The notes beneath the pieces are model-generated. The model did not search any database, was not told where the DNA came from, and was given only the letters and a program-made list of their open reading frames with translations. The position numbers and the translations under genes are program-made. Of a stretch of DNA of 64,000 bases, positions 39,985-48,846 are shown in pieces. Numbering within the stretch: position 1 is the first letter of the stretch; the number at the start of each line of letters is the position of its first letter. This DNA is from Polyangiales bacterium (lineage in GTDB: Bacteria > Myxococcota_A > Polyangia > Polyangiales > DASUME01), in assembly GCA_046598735.1 (NCBI GenBank), contig JBKJIA010000466.1:17292-81291 (forward strand). The letters run 5' to 3'.

Positions 39985-40049
39985 CTTGGTGGCCTATCTA
40001 TCTGGATAGCACGAAGGCCCCGAATTCTCGTGATTTCAGGACCTCAACG

Positions 40050-40598
40050 TTGTCAGACGCCCGGGACGCGGACACAGTTCAAGGCATGGATCCCAACAAA
40101 GCGGCCTTTGGTCTTTCGCGCGAAACCACGATCTTGCGCAACGCCGACGGAAAATGGTTTCAAGACGGTGAGCCGCTGGAACACGAGCGCCTCACACGCG
40201 CCTTCGATGGCTGGATCGAGCGTGCCGAAGATGGGCGTTTTTGCCTGAAGAACGACATCAACTGGGCTTACTTCACGCTCGAGGGCGCCCCCTTTTTCGT
40301 ACGCAGCGTGAGGATTCAGGACGGCATCGCACAGCTCACGCTATCGAGCGCACGGGAAGTCACGCTCGATCCGCATACCCTGCGGGAAGGGCCCGACGGG
40401 GCACTGTACTGCGATGTCGGCCCGGATTTGTGCGCTCGTTTCGACAAGCACGCGGCGATGCAATTGTCGGAGCTGATCGGCGAAGATGAGCTTGGCCCCT
40501 ACGTGCAGGCAGGCCATGATCGCGTGCGGCCGCCCCGTGTCAGCGACCCGCTCAAGCCCCTGACGAACACTCAGATAGCCAAAGAAACGAGCCCATGA
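40050..40598 (+). CDS. DUF1285-like protein
   Basis: 182 aa. ILRNADGKWFQDGEPLEHERLTRAFDGWIERAEDGRFCLKNDINWAYFTLEGAPFFV fits the DUF1285 pattern (DG-W-..G.P....L...F...l....dGry.L......veDaPF) as I remember it. It has a 4-nt overlap with the next gene. Confidence 0.5.
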   Translation: MSDARDADTVQGMDPNKAAFGLSRETTILRNADGKWFQDGEPLEHERLTRAFDGWIERAEDGRFCLKNDINWAYFTLEGAPFFVRSVRIQDGIAQLTLSSAREVTLDPHTLREGPDGALYCDVGPDLCARFDKHAAMQLSELIGEDELGPYVQAGHDRVRPPRVSDPLKPLTNTQIAKETSP

Positions 40599-41209
40599 AC
40601 AAGAGTGCAGACAAGGTCGCCGCCGTGCTCGCATTTGCGCTCGGCGCCCCCTTCGTGTTCATGATGGTGCAGAGTTTTTCCGAAGGCGAGGTCAGGCGTC
40701 GCGAGATCCCCGTGCGCGCCATGATCGGCGACGAAAGCTTCGAAGGCTTTCGCGACGGCGACAAGCCCAAGCAGCACTATTTCGGACGCGATCGCTTGGC
40801 ACCGGACTTCGAGCTCAAAGATCAACACGGTAAGCCTTGGAAGCTGAGCGCCCAACGCGGCAAGACCGTCGTGATGAACTTCTGGACGGTCACCTGTGGG
40901 CCGTGCGTGGAAGAGATGCCCTCACTCGAGCAACTCGCGTTGATCGCTAAAGAGCGTAAGGATGTGGAGGTCGTCGCAATCACCACCGACAAGAGCTGGG
41001 CGGACATCCAGCATTTGTTCAAGCCAGACTCGAAGCTCAAGGTGTTGTTCGATCCCGAGAAGAAAGTGGTGCGCGACAAATTCGGCAGCAAGCTCTTTCC
41101 GGAGACGTGGGTCATCGATCCCAAAGGCGTGATCCGTTTGCGCGTAGACGGCGGCCGCGATTGGTCGGCGCCGATTGCGCTCGAGATGATAGGAACGCTG
41201 TCGAGCTGA
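40595..41209 (+). CDS. TlpA/ResA/CcmG-like periplasmic thiol:disulfide oxidoreductase
   Basis: 204 aa with an N-terminal TM anchor, the thioredoxin motif NFWTVTCGPCVEEMP (CxxC), and ...FPETWVIDPKGVIR. Confidence 0.85.
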   Translation: MNKSADKVAAVLAFALGAPFVFMMVQSFSEGEVRRREIPVRAMIGDESFEGFRDGDKPKQHYFGRDRLAPDFELKDQHGKPWKLSAQRGKTVVMNFWTVTCGPCVEEMPSLEQLALIAKERKDVEVVAITTDKSWADIQHLFKPDSKLKVLFDPEKKVVRDKFGSKLFPETWVIDPKGVIRLRVDGGRDWSAPIALEMIGTLSS

Positions 41210-41210
41210 G

Positions 41211-41272
41211 CTTACGGTTGTTGGCGCTCCCGCAACCTTACGGTTGCTGGCCCTCGAATAATCTTACGGTTA
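41211..41272. repeat. Three CTTACGGTT units at exact 26-bp spacing; the middle unit forms the hairpin GCAACC-TTAC-GGTTGC
   Basis: The units start at 41211, 41237 and 41263. Units 1 and 2 are about 19/26 identical. A perfect 6-bp stem lies at 41232-41237 / 41242-41247. The third unit overlaps the ccmB stop (41270-72). Confidence 0.7.
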
Positions 41273-41947
41273 CTCGCTGTTGAGCGGCCCGAACAAGACC
41301 GCGCCCATCACGACGAACACCATGTCGAAGGCGCCCAGGATGCGCAGCCAATTGCCGATTTCGTCGATCGTGGCGCCGCCGAGCACTTCGCGCGTCGCGA
41401 CCACGCCAGCGAGCAAGGCCGGCGAGACGAGCGGGAACAGCACCACGCTGAGCACGACCTCTTTGGTTCGCGTGCGCACGCCCATGGCTGCGAACAACGT
41501 GCCGGCCGCTGAAAAGCCGATGGTTCCGAGCACGACCAAGGCAGAGACGGGCAACCATACCTTACCGAGATCGAGCCGATACAGAACCGCGATGATCGGT
41601 ACGAGCAGGACCTCGACCATCAGTAAAAACACCAGGATGCCGAGCGCCTTACCGAGAAAGATCGCTGGCCGCGGCAGGGGCGAAAGCAATAGTCCTCGCA
41701 TCACATCGTTGTCGCGCTCGCGTTGCCAGGTGCGGCCCATGGCGAGCACGCCAGAAAAGGCGATGCTGATCCACAAGACACCGGGCGCGACGCGACGCGA
41801 GGTGACGTCGTCGAGGTAGAACGACAGCGACGACATCACAGCGACGAGTAGCGCGAAAAAGCCCGTGGTGATCAGAATCTCGCCCGTGCGCAGCTCGATG
41901 CGCATGTCTTTCTCGAAGACGAGCCAGCTGCTGCGTAGCAAGCTCAC
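41270..41947 (-). CDS. ccmB: Heme exporter permease CcmB
   Basis: 225 aa with six TM segments. FEKDMRIELRTGE, WQRERDNDVMRGLLLSPLPRPAIFLGK and its length parallel E. coli CcmB. It has a 4-nt overlap with ccmA. Confidence 0.8.
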   Translation of the reverse strand: MSLLRSSWLVFEKDMRIELRTGEILITTGFFALLVAVMSSLSFYLDDVTSRRVAPGVLWISIAFSGVLAMGRTWQRERDNDVMRGLLLSPLPRPAIFLGKALGILVFLLMVEVLLVPIIAVLYRLDLGKVWLPVSALVVLGTIGFSAAGTLFAAMGVRTRTKEVVLSVVLFPLVSPALLAGVVATREVLGGATIDEIGNWLRILGAFDMVFVVMGAVLFGPLNSE

Positions 41948-42654
41948 GCCGCCTCCTCGGTGCTGACTCGGCCGCGCGATAAACGCAGGCGACGATCGGC
42001 AAGCGCATCGGCCAATGCGACATCGTGCGTGATCAACGCCACGATCGAGCCACGCGTGCGTTCGATTTTGACGGCTTCGACCAGCTGCGCTGCGGCGCGT
42101 ACATCGAGGCCGGTGCTGGGCTCATCGAGCAAAAGCAAACGCGGTTGATGCAAGAGCGCGCGCGCCAGCGACATGCGCTGCAACTGCCCCCGCGAATAGG
42201 TGCGCGTAGGTCGATCCCAAAATGCGGTGGCTTCGAAGCGCTCCCCGAGCTCGTTCACGCGCGTGCTGGGAACGGCGTAAATACGCGCGAATAACTGCAG
42301 ATTTTCGCGGCCGCTCAGCTCGGGATACAACATCGCTGCGTGGGCGAGCACGCCGAGTGTGGCGCGCAGATGAGCGCGTTCGCGCCAGGCGTCGAGCTTG
42401 CCGAAAAAGAGCGTGCCGCGCGTGGGGCGACTGAGCAGCGAGAGAATCTCGAGCAGCGTGCTCTTGCCAGCACCATTCGGCCCTTCGATCACGGTGATCT
42501 CGCCCGCACTCAGACTCAGGTCCACACCCGCGAGGGCACGCGTTGCGCCAAAGACTTTGACGATGCCTCGCGCCTCTACGCGATCGAAGTCGAACGCCAC
42601 GACCGCGAGGTTAGCACGAAGGTTCGGCCACTTGACGATTCCTGGGCGCGCCAT
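41944..42654 (-). CDS. ccmA: Heme ABC exporter ATP-binding protein CcmA
   Basis: GPNGAGKSTLLEILSLL (Walker A), YSRGQLQRMSLA (signature), LLLLDEPSTGLD (Walker B). It lies upstream of ccmB. The start is uncertain. Confidence 0.8.
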   Translation of the reverse strand: MARPGIVKWPNLRANLAVVAFDFDRVEARGIVKVFGATRALAGVDLSLSAGEITVIEGPNGAGKSTLLEILSLLSRPTRGTLFFGKLDAWRERAHLRATLGVLAHAAMLYPELSGRENLQLFARIYAVPSTRVNELGERFEATAFWDRPTRTYSRGQLQRMSLARALLHQPRLLLLDEPSTGLDVRAAAQLVEAVKIERTRGSIVALITHDVALADALADRRLRLSRGRVSTEEAA

Positions 42655-42680
42655 GCGCCAGCATGCTCAGTGCGAGTGAT

Positions 42681-43376
42681 TCAGAGGCCGACGAACACAG
42701 CGCGTACATCGTCGTCATCGTCGATGGCGGACAAGAATGCTTCGACTTCGGCGCGCTTTTCGTCGTCGAGCGCGACCGGGTTCTTGGCCACCCACACAAG
42801 CTCCTGCGAGGTGAGATTCCAGCCGCGTGCGGCGAGCGCACGACCGACGGTGTCGACCTCCGTGGGCTCGGTGAGAAAGCGCGTGCTGCCTTCGTCGCCG
42901 GCTTCGACGTCTTGCGCGCCGGCTTCGATGGCGGCCTCTTCGGGGTCATCGCCCTTGGCAGGTGCCGTCGCTTCGATCGCGCCGCGGCGCAAGAAATCCC
43001 ACGATACGGAGCCGCTGGCACCGAGTTGCCCCTTACGGAACAGCTGGCGAATATTGGGTGCGGTGCGGTTCTTGTTGTCGGTCAGGCACTCCACGATTAC
43101 GGGCACCTGATGGGGCGCAAAGCCTTCGTAGACTACCGTTTCGAAGTTGGCCGGATCGTCGAGCAAACCGGCGCCTTTTTTGATCGCACGGTCCAGCGTG
43201 TCGCGCGGCATGGACTGCTTTTTCGCAGCTTCCACGGCCAAACGCAGCCGCGGATTCATGCCTGGATCAGGCCCCGCTTTGGCGGCGATCATGATCTCTT
43301 TGGCGAGCTTGGTGAACAGACGACCTTTGGCGTCTGCTGCCTGCGCGCGGCCCTTGGCTTTCCACTGTGCACCCAT
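42681..43376 (-). CDS. yebC: YebC/PmpR-family DNA-binding transcriptional regulator
   Basis: [68 protein letters not shown] is the canonical YebC N-terminus. Confidence 0.95.
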   Translation of the reverse strand: MGAQWKAKGRAQAADAKGRLFTKLAKEIMIAAKAGPDPGMNPRLRLAVEAAKKQSMPRDTLDRAIKKGAGLLDDPANFETVVYEGFAPHQVPVIVECLTDNKNRTAPNIRQLFRKGQLGASGSVSWDFLRRGAIEATAPAKGDDPEEAAIEAGAQDVEAGDEGSTRFLTEPTEVDTVGRALAARGWNLTSQELVWVAKNPVALDDEKRAEVEAFLSAIDDDDDVRAVFVGL

Positions 43377-43387
43377 GGAGGCTGGAT

Positions 43388-43687
43388 CTAGCTCACCGGC
43401 TCGAATTCGGCTCGCGAATCAGCATCGCCTTCCACACGCTCTTCAGCCTCGTCCGGTGCCCTTGCAAGCTCTTCGCGCCTCAATAACGTGACGGACTCCG
43501 ATTCGGGGTCGAAAACGATCACCACGTGCCCGCGCTCGAGCTGTGCGCGTACGCTCTTTTTCTTCGCGTCAAGCGAGTGCTCCACCAGCCCGTAATCGGT
43601 GCCCTCGCGGGTGATGAACTCTTCGAGCAGAGCCTCTAGCGCGGCCGTACTCAACTGCGCATGGGGAACCGTGACGAAACCGGCCAT
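43388..43687 (-). CDS. YheU-family (UPF0270) protein
   Basis: 99 aa. [17 protein letters not shown]...[13 protein letters not shown] parallels E. coli YheU (LENLIESFVLREGTDYG...). Confidence 0.8.
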   Translation of the reverse strand: MAGFVTVPHAQLSTAALEALLEEFITREGTDYGLVEHSLDAKKKSVRAQLERGHVVIVFDPESESVTLLRREELARAPDEAEERVEGDADSRAEFEPVS

Positions 43688-43795
43688 GATCGAGGGCTTT
43701 CGTTGTGAAGCGACGCACTGTCCTATCAGGAAAAGCGGCCAGCACGTCGTAGAATCGCGCGGTTCGAACGTACACTGCCCGGCCGAGGTGAGCGC

Positions 43796-45223
43796 GTGCT
43801 CTTCAGCGAAGCGTCGTTTTTGTGTTGGTTTCTACCCGCCGTACTCATGTTGTATTGGCTGACGCCGAGTCGCTTGCAGAACCTGATGCTGCTGCTCGCA
43901 AGCCTGTACTTCTATGCGTACGGCGAGCGCGTCTACATCCTGATCATGCTGGCTTCGATCGTCCTCAACTACACGTTGGGGTTCCTGGTTGCAGACGGCA
44001 AACAGAGCCGTAGCTCCCGCGTCTGGATCGTACTCGCGATCGTGTTCAACCTGAGCTTGCTGGCGTTCTATAAGTACGCGAATTTCGCGGTCGAGAATCT
44101 AAACTTACTGTTTGCGAATTTCGGCGTCGCCAAGCTGACGATCGAGCGCGTGCCTCTGCCGATCGGCATTTCCTTCTACACGTTTCACGGGCTTTCCTAC
44201 GTGATCGACGTGTTCCGTAAGCGCTGCGCTGTGCAGCGGGATCCGTTAATCGTCGCGCTCTATATCTCGCTGTTCCCGCAGCTCATCGCCGGTCCCATCG
44301 TCCGCTACGTCGATGTCAAAGACGAGCTCAAGTCACGTCGTACCGATGTTGAAACGTTCGGCTCGGGCGTGCGCCTGTTCGTGATAGGTCTCGCGAAAAA
44401 GATGATCATCGCCAATGCCGTGGCGCGCCCGGCCGATGCCATCTTTGGCTTACCTAGCGATGAGCTAACTGGACCCGTGGCCTGGCTCGGCGTCGTTTGT
44501 TACGGCCTACAAATCTACTTCGACTTCTCGGCCTACTCCGACATGGCACTGGGCCTAGGGCGCATGTTCGGTATCCACTTTCATCCGAACTTCAATTACC
44601 CCTACATCTCGCAGAGTATTACCGAGTTCTGGCGGCGCTGGCACATCTCGCTCTCCACCTGGTTTCGCGACTACTTATACATTCCGCTCGGTGGTAATCG
44701 CGTCTCGTCGGCGCGCGTGTATTTGAACCTGATGATCGTATTCTTCCTGTGCGGCCTGTGGCATGGCGCCAGTTGGAACTTTGTGTTTTGGGGCATGTAT
44801 CACGGCTTTTTGCTGATCCTCGAGCGCTTCAAGTTATCGGCCTGGCTCGAGAAGCTGCCGCGGCCGCTGCGTCATGCGTATGTGTTATTGCTCGTGCTAA
44901 TCGGCTGGGTGCCGTTCCGCGCGGACACGTTCACCTCCACGGTGGACTTCTTTGGCGCGATGTTGGGTTTTGCCCAACCTGCCCTGCATGCCCTACCCGT
45001 TTCGGCTTACCTCGATCCGGAAATCATGATCGCGATCATGTTAGGGATCGTAGGCTCGACGCCCATTCTGCATACCATCGCGACCCGGCTACGGACGCTG
45101 CCGGATTCCATGACGCGCTTTGCCGAAGCCTTTGAGGTGATGAGCGTGATGGGTACCTTCGTGTACTGCACGATGTTGATCGCCGCGGGCTCGTACAGTC
45201 CGTTCATCTACTTCCGTTTCTAG
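43796..45223 (+). CDS. MBOAT-family membrane O-acyltransferase (AlgI/PatA/DltB-like)
   Basis: 475 aa. GISFYTFHGLSYVIDVFR, FWRRWHISLSTWFRDYLYIPLGGNR and LWHGASWNF (catalytic His region) are the MBOAT hallmarks. Confidence 0.9.
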   Translation: MLFSEASFLCWFLPAVLMLYWLTPSRLQNLMLLLASLYFYAYGERVYILIMLASIVLNYTLGFLVADGKQSRSSRVWIVLAIVFNLSLLAFYKYANFAVENLNLLFANFGVAKLTIERVPLPIGISFYTFHGLSYVIDVFRKRCAVQRDPLIVALYISLFPQLIAGPIVRYVDVKDELKSRRTDVETFGSGVRLFVIGLAKKMIIANAVARPADAIFGLPSDELTGPVAWLGVVCYGLQIYFDFSAYSDMALGLGRMFGIHFHPNFNYPYISQSITEFWRRWHISLSTWFRDYLYIPLGGNRVSSARVYLNLMIVFFLCGLWHGASWNFVFWGMYHGFLLILERFKLSAWLEKLPRPLRHAYVLLLVLIGWVPFRADTFTSTVDFFGAMLGFAQPALHALPVSAYLDPEIMIAIMLGIVGSTPILHTIATRLRTLPDSMTRFAEAFEVMSVMGTFVYCTMLIAAGSYSPFIYFRF

Positions 45224-45280
45224 GCGCTGCGCCCAACGGTAAGAACCCATTTGTTTTCGAGTAGCTGAGGATCCGACACC

Positions 45281-46435
45281 ATGACCGTACCCGCCACTTC
45301 GTTTCCGATGCGCAAGCGTCAGGCCTTGGCCCTGAGCGTGCTGTTCGTAGGGCTGCTTTGGTTGCCCACGATGGATTTGGTGTTCGGCATCGATCGCAAC
45401 CCCGTGCGCTCGCGGGAACCCATGCGGTTCCCCACCTTCGATCTGGCGTTGTCCTCGCTGAAGAAGTACCCAGGTGAGGTCGAGTGGTACCTGCGCAATA
45501 CGATGGGTTTTCAAGGCACCCTTTTGCGCTTGAACGGTCTATTCAAATTTCACGTGCTCAAGACTTCCGCCAACCCTCAGGTCGTGCTGGGCAAGCAAGG
45601 TTGGCTGTACCTCGAAGAAGACATCAAGGACTATCGGCATCTCAATGCCTTCAAGCCGGAGGAGCTTGAAAAATGGCTCGAGGTGGTCGGTGCGCGCAAA
45701 CGCTTCTTAGACAAGCGCGGCATTCGCTACTTCATCGTGGCTTGCCCCGACAAAGAGCTAGTCTACGACGAGTACCTGCCGCAGGCGTTCAAACGGGGCC
45801 AAGGGCCCTCTCGTGTCGAGCAGTTTGCAAGGGCTGTGCGCAAACGCTTGGGTGTTGAAGTGCTGGACCTGACGGAAACGCTGCGCGCCGCAAAAGGTAA
45901 GGATCGCCTCTACCATAAGACCGACACCCACTGGAACGACTTGGGTGCCTACGTGGGCTACGACGCGATCATCAATCACCTCGCCCACCACTATCCGAGC
46001 CTCAAGCCTGTCGAGCGCAGTGCGTTCAAACTCGAGGACCGCGCGGAAAAAGGCGGTGATTTGGCGCGCATCATCGGACTCAAGCTCGACATCCAAGAAC
46101 GCGCCCTGCTCCTGCACAACCCGGGCGCCCAGGCGCGTTTGCGATCCGGGCGCCCCATTACCTATCAGACCTTGGACGTGGGCGAAAACCCTAAGGTCGA
46201 GACTGTGTCGCCGCGCGCCGAGATTCCCTCGGCCGTGTTCGTGCGCGATTCGTTCGGCGAAGCGCTGATGCCGATGTTGTCTGAACACGTGGGCAAGGCG
46301 CAATGGCTGTGGACCGACTACAAGTTTCCCGCGCGCGAGATCGATGAGATGCGACCGAGCCTGGTGGTAGAGCAATGGGTAGGTCGCACCCTATCGAACT
46401 ACAAGGCCGAGAACCCGCCTGAAGTGAACCAGTAA
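45281..46435 (+). CDS. AlgX/AlgJ-like (DHHW/SGNH-type) O-acetyltransferase partner protein
   Basis: 384 aa with an N-terminal anchor, LYHKTDTHWNDLGAYVGY (D-x-H-W catalytic block) and RDSFGEAL. It lies directly downstream of the MBOAT gene. Confidence 0.7.
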   Translation: MTVPATSFPMRKRQALALSVLFVGLLWLPTMDLVFGIDRNPVRSREPMRFPTFDLALSSLKKYPGEVEWYLRNTMGFQGTLLRLNGLFKFHVLKTSANPQVVLGKQGWLYLEEDIKDYRHLNAFKPEELEKWLEVVGARKRFLDKRGIRYFIVACPDKELVYDEYLPQAFKRGQGPSRVEQFARAVRKRLGVEVLDLTETLRAAKGKDRLYHKTDTHWNDLGAYVGYDAIINHLAHHYPSLKPVERSAFKLEDRAEKGGDLARIIGLKLDIQERALLLHNPGAQARLRSGRPITYQTLDVGENPKVETVSPRAEIPSAVFVRDSFGEALMPMLSEHVGKAQWLWTDYKFPAREIDEMRPSLVVEQWVGRTLSNYKAENPPEVNQ

Positions 46436-46630
46436 GGTTTCCTCGCGGCAGAGCCGGTGATGGCATCGGTGATGGCATGGGTGGTGGTCGGTGCTGCATT
46501 GGCGGCCGACGGCGGAAGCTGGCGGATGCGCGCGTTGTCTGAGCCTATCCGTACGAGATGATTGACGCCGCGGCCGGCATCGCCGCTGCAAACCGGGCTT
46601 GTGAACCTCACAACCACCCGGAGCGATGTC

Positions 46631-47611
46631 ATGCGCAAGTCTTCAAGCATCCTGTTTTTCGCATTCCTGCTCAGCGCCTGCGGAACGGCTGAGTCCGCAG
46701 CGAACGTCGGCGAGCTTTCGCTTTCGTTGTCTACCCAGGCCGGCGGCCAAACTTACCGTTTGAGCCAAGCCGAGTTCGCCTTGAAAGGTCCGGTCGAGCA
46801 AGAATTCTCGGCCGAAAACGATGATCCGATTGCGTTGACCTTACCCATTGGCAGCTACACCCTCGAGCTCAAGGATGGTTGGGTGCTGTCGCGTGTAGAC
46901 GCCGACGTTGCGATTCAGGTCGCGGCCAAGCTCGACAGCATGAACCCGGCGGCGCTCGTGATTGGCCCCGCCACCACCACCCAAGCCATGCTGCGCTTTT
47001 CACTGGCGGATGGCACCTCCATGGAAATGGCCACGGGTTCGCTCCACGTCGGCGTTAAAGTGGGCGACGAAGACACGGATGGAGGCACGCCTGCTACAGA
47101 CTCGTGTACCCGCGGCCTTCTCGTCAATGAGATTGACTATGAGCAGACCGGCGTCGATGATGCCGAATTCGTCGAGATTCTGAACACGGCCAGCTGCGCG
47201 GCAAGCCTAGGCAACGTGACGCTCGAGCTCGTCAATGGCGGTGATGGTAAGGTATACGGGCGCAGCATGCTCTCGACCGCCGGCGAGTCGCTGGCTGCGG
47301 GCGCACGCCTGGTGGTCGGTAGTGCCAAAGTGCTGGCGACCTTACCCGCCGAAGTCATGCGTATGCCGCTGGGCTCTGGAGGCTTGCAGAATGGCGCGCC
47401 CGATGCCGTGCGCTTGGTGGAAGGCAGCCGCGCGATCGATGCATTTTCTTACGAAGGTCAGGTCGCAGGCTCGGTCGAGGGTGCTGGCGCGGCGACCGAC
47501 GACGGGGAAGGCACGTTTTCGCGCTGTCCGGACGGTTTTGATCACCACGACAACGCCAAGGATTTTCGCTTGGTGCCGGCCACGCCGGGCGCTGTCAACG
47601 CTTGTCCGTGA
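46631..47611 (+). CDS. Lipoprotein with a C-terminal lamin-tail domain (LTD)
   Basis: The ATG at 46631 gives MRKSSSILFFAFLLSACGTAES (lipobox). The C-terminal LLVNEIDYEQTGVDDAEFVEILN...LELVNGGDGKVYG...GAPDAVRLV is LTD-like. Confidence 0.65.
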   Translation: MRKSSSILFFAFLLSACGTAESAANVGELSLSLSTQAGGQTYRLSQAEFALKGPVEQEFSAENDDPIALTLPIGSYTLELKDGWVLSRVDADVAIQVAAKLDSMNPAALVIGPATTTQAMLRFSLADGTSMEMATGSLHVGVKVGDEDTDGGTPATDSCTRGLLVNEIDYEQTGVDDAEFVEILNTASCAASLGNVTLELVNGGDGKVYGRSMLSTAGESLAAGARLVVGSAKVLATLPAEVMRMPLGSGGLQNGAPDAVRLVEGSRAIDAFSYEGQVAGSVEGAGAATDDGEGTFSRCPDGFDHHDNAKDFRLVPATPGAVNACP

Positions 47612-48796
47612 TCAGAACAACGCGGCCACGATGCCATCGAGCATGAGCCAACGTTCGACCGGTACGAACATACGGTCCGCTTCGATGCGTAAATCCCCCT
47701 GCGCGAGGCGGCGCGTGATCTCGCGCTCTCGGCCCACGCGCGGATCGACGCCCGTGCGCTCGGTCAGTCCCGCAAGGTCGACACCCTCCGACGTACGCAA
47801 GCCGAGCATGAGCGCTTCGCGAATCACATCTTGAGCCGCCAGGCTTTCTTCGAACACTTCGACGTCGGGGCCGCTTGCGCGCTGCATGTAACGGGGGGCA
47901 TCGGGATGATTGCGGTACCGTCGCGCGCCCTGCTCCGTGCGCAGACAACCCACCGCAGCGGCGCCCAAACCTAAGTACGCACCACCACGCCAGTAATGCA
48001 GATTATGTCGGCTCTCTTCGCCCGCGGTCGCGTAGTTCGACACTTCGTAGTGCGACAGCCCGCGCTCTGCGAACAGCCGATGGTTCCCCTCGAACATGCG
48101 CGCATAAGTCTCATCCGGTGCCGGGCGCAGCAGGCCCCTGCGTGATTGATCGCCAAACGGTGTGGCTGGCTCAATGGTAAGGGCGTAGGCAGACACATGC
48201 TTGAGCCCGCGATCGAGCAGCGTGCGCACGTGAGTATAAAATGTTTCGGGGGTCTGATTCGGTAGACCGAACATAAGGTCGGCACTCACGCGCTCATGGC
48301 TCGCCAGCGCGGCATCGATTGCATCGAGGGCCAGTTGGCGATCGTGGAGTCTGCCCAAGAAGGTAAGCTCGCCATTGTCGAGCGACTGCACACCGATCGA
48401 TAAACGATCCACACCGGCCTCGCGCAAAAGCTCCGCATGCGCGCGGTTCAAGGAGCTGGGATTGCACTCGACGGTGACTTCGACCTCGGCGACGGAGTAT
48501 TGAAACGCAGCGCGGATGCCTTGCACCACGCGGCCCAAGGCCACGGGATCCCATAGCGAAGGCGTGCCGCCGCCGAAAAAAACTGACACCAACTGCTCTT
48601 TAGCGAGCGCCTGCGCCCGTTGCGCGAGCTCGCGTAAGACCGCGTCTGCATAGTCTGCGTGGGGAATCTCATCGCGCCCGAGCGGTGACGTCGCAAAGTC
48701 GCAATACGGACACTTGCGCAGGCACCACGGGAAATGAACGTAGACGGATAGACCGGTCATGGGCAGCTGTAGAGCGTGACTTGCCGCGCACCGCAT
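47612..48796 (-). CDS. hemW: Radical-SAM heme chaperone HemW (oxygen-independent coproporphyrinogen oxidase-like)
   Basis: YVHFPWCLRKCPYCDF (CxxxCxxC), FFGGGTPS and a HemN_C-like tail. Confidence 0.9.
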   Translation of the reverse strand: MRCAASHALQLPMTGLSVYVHFPWCLRKCPYCDFATSPLGRDEIPHADYADAVLRELAQRAQALAKEQLVSVFFGGGTPSLWDPVALGRVVQGIRAAFQYSVAEVEVTVECNPSSLNRAHAELLREAGVDRLSIGVQSLDNGELTFLGRLHDRQLALDAIDAALASHERVSADLMFGLPNQTPETFYTHVRTLLDRGLKHVSAYALTIEPATPFGDQSRRGLLRPAPDETYARMFEGNHRLFAERGLSHYEVSNYATAGEESRHNLHYWRGGAYLGLGAAAVGCLRTEQGARRYRNHPDAPRYMQRASGPDVEVFEESLAAQDVIREALMLGLRTSEGVDLAGLTERTGVDPRVGREREITRRLAQGDLRIEADRMFVPVERWLMLDGIVAALF

Positions 48797-48846
48797 GCAA
48801 GGGCACGTGCTTGCGAGGCCTGCCGGTCAGCCTCAAACTGCATGGG

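Noticed and set aside
43761-43768. GGTTCGAA, a T-loop-like sequence that might indicate a tRNA in the yheU/MBOAT intergenic region.
   Set aside because: The flanking bases cannot form a T-stem, and no acceptor or anticodon arms are present. I saw no tRNA-like cloverleaf anywhere in the window.
46455-46478. A perfect 12-bp tandem duplication, CGGTGATGGCAT x2, upstream of the LTD lipoprotein gene.
   Set aside because: Two copies of 12 bp are too short to interpret, and I saw no further copies or associated structure.
48685-48846. N-terminal extensions offered by the ORF track: hslO from 48685, tatA/B from 20019, the SDR to 22520, the ABC ATPase to 57575 and the acidic protein to 32801.
   Set aside because: The extensions overlap neighbouring well-supported genes and have non-protein-like composition. 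Family-typical N-termini begin at internal start codons.
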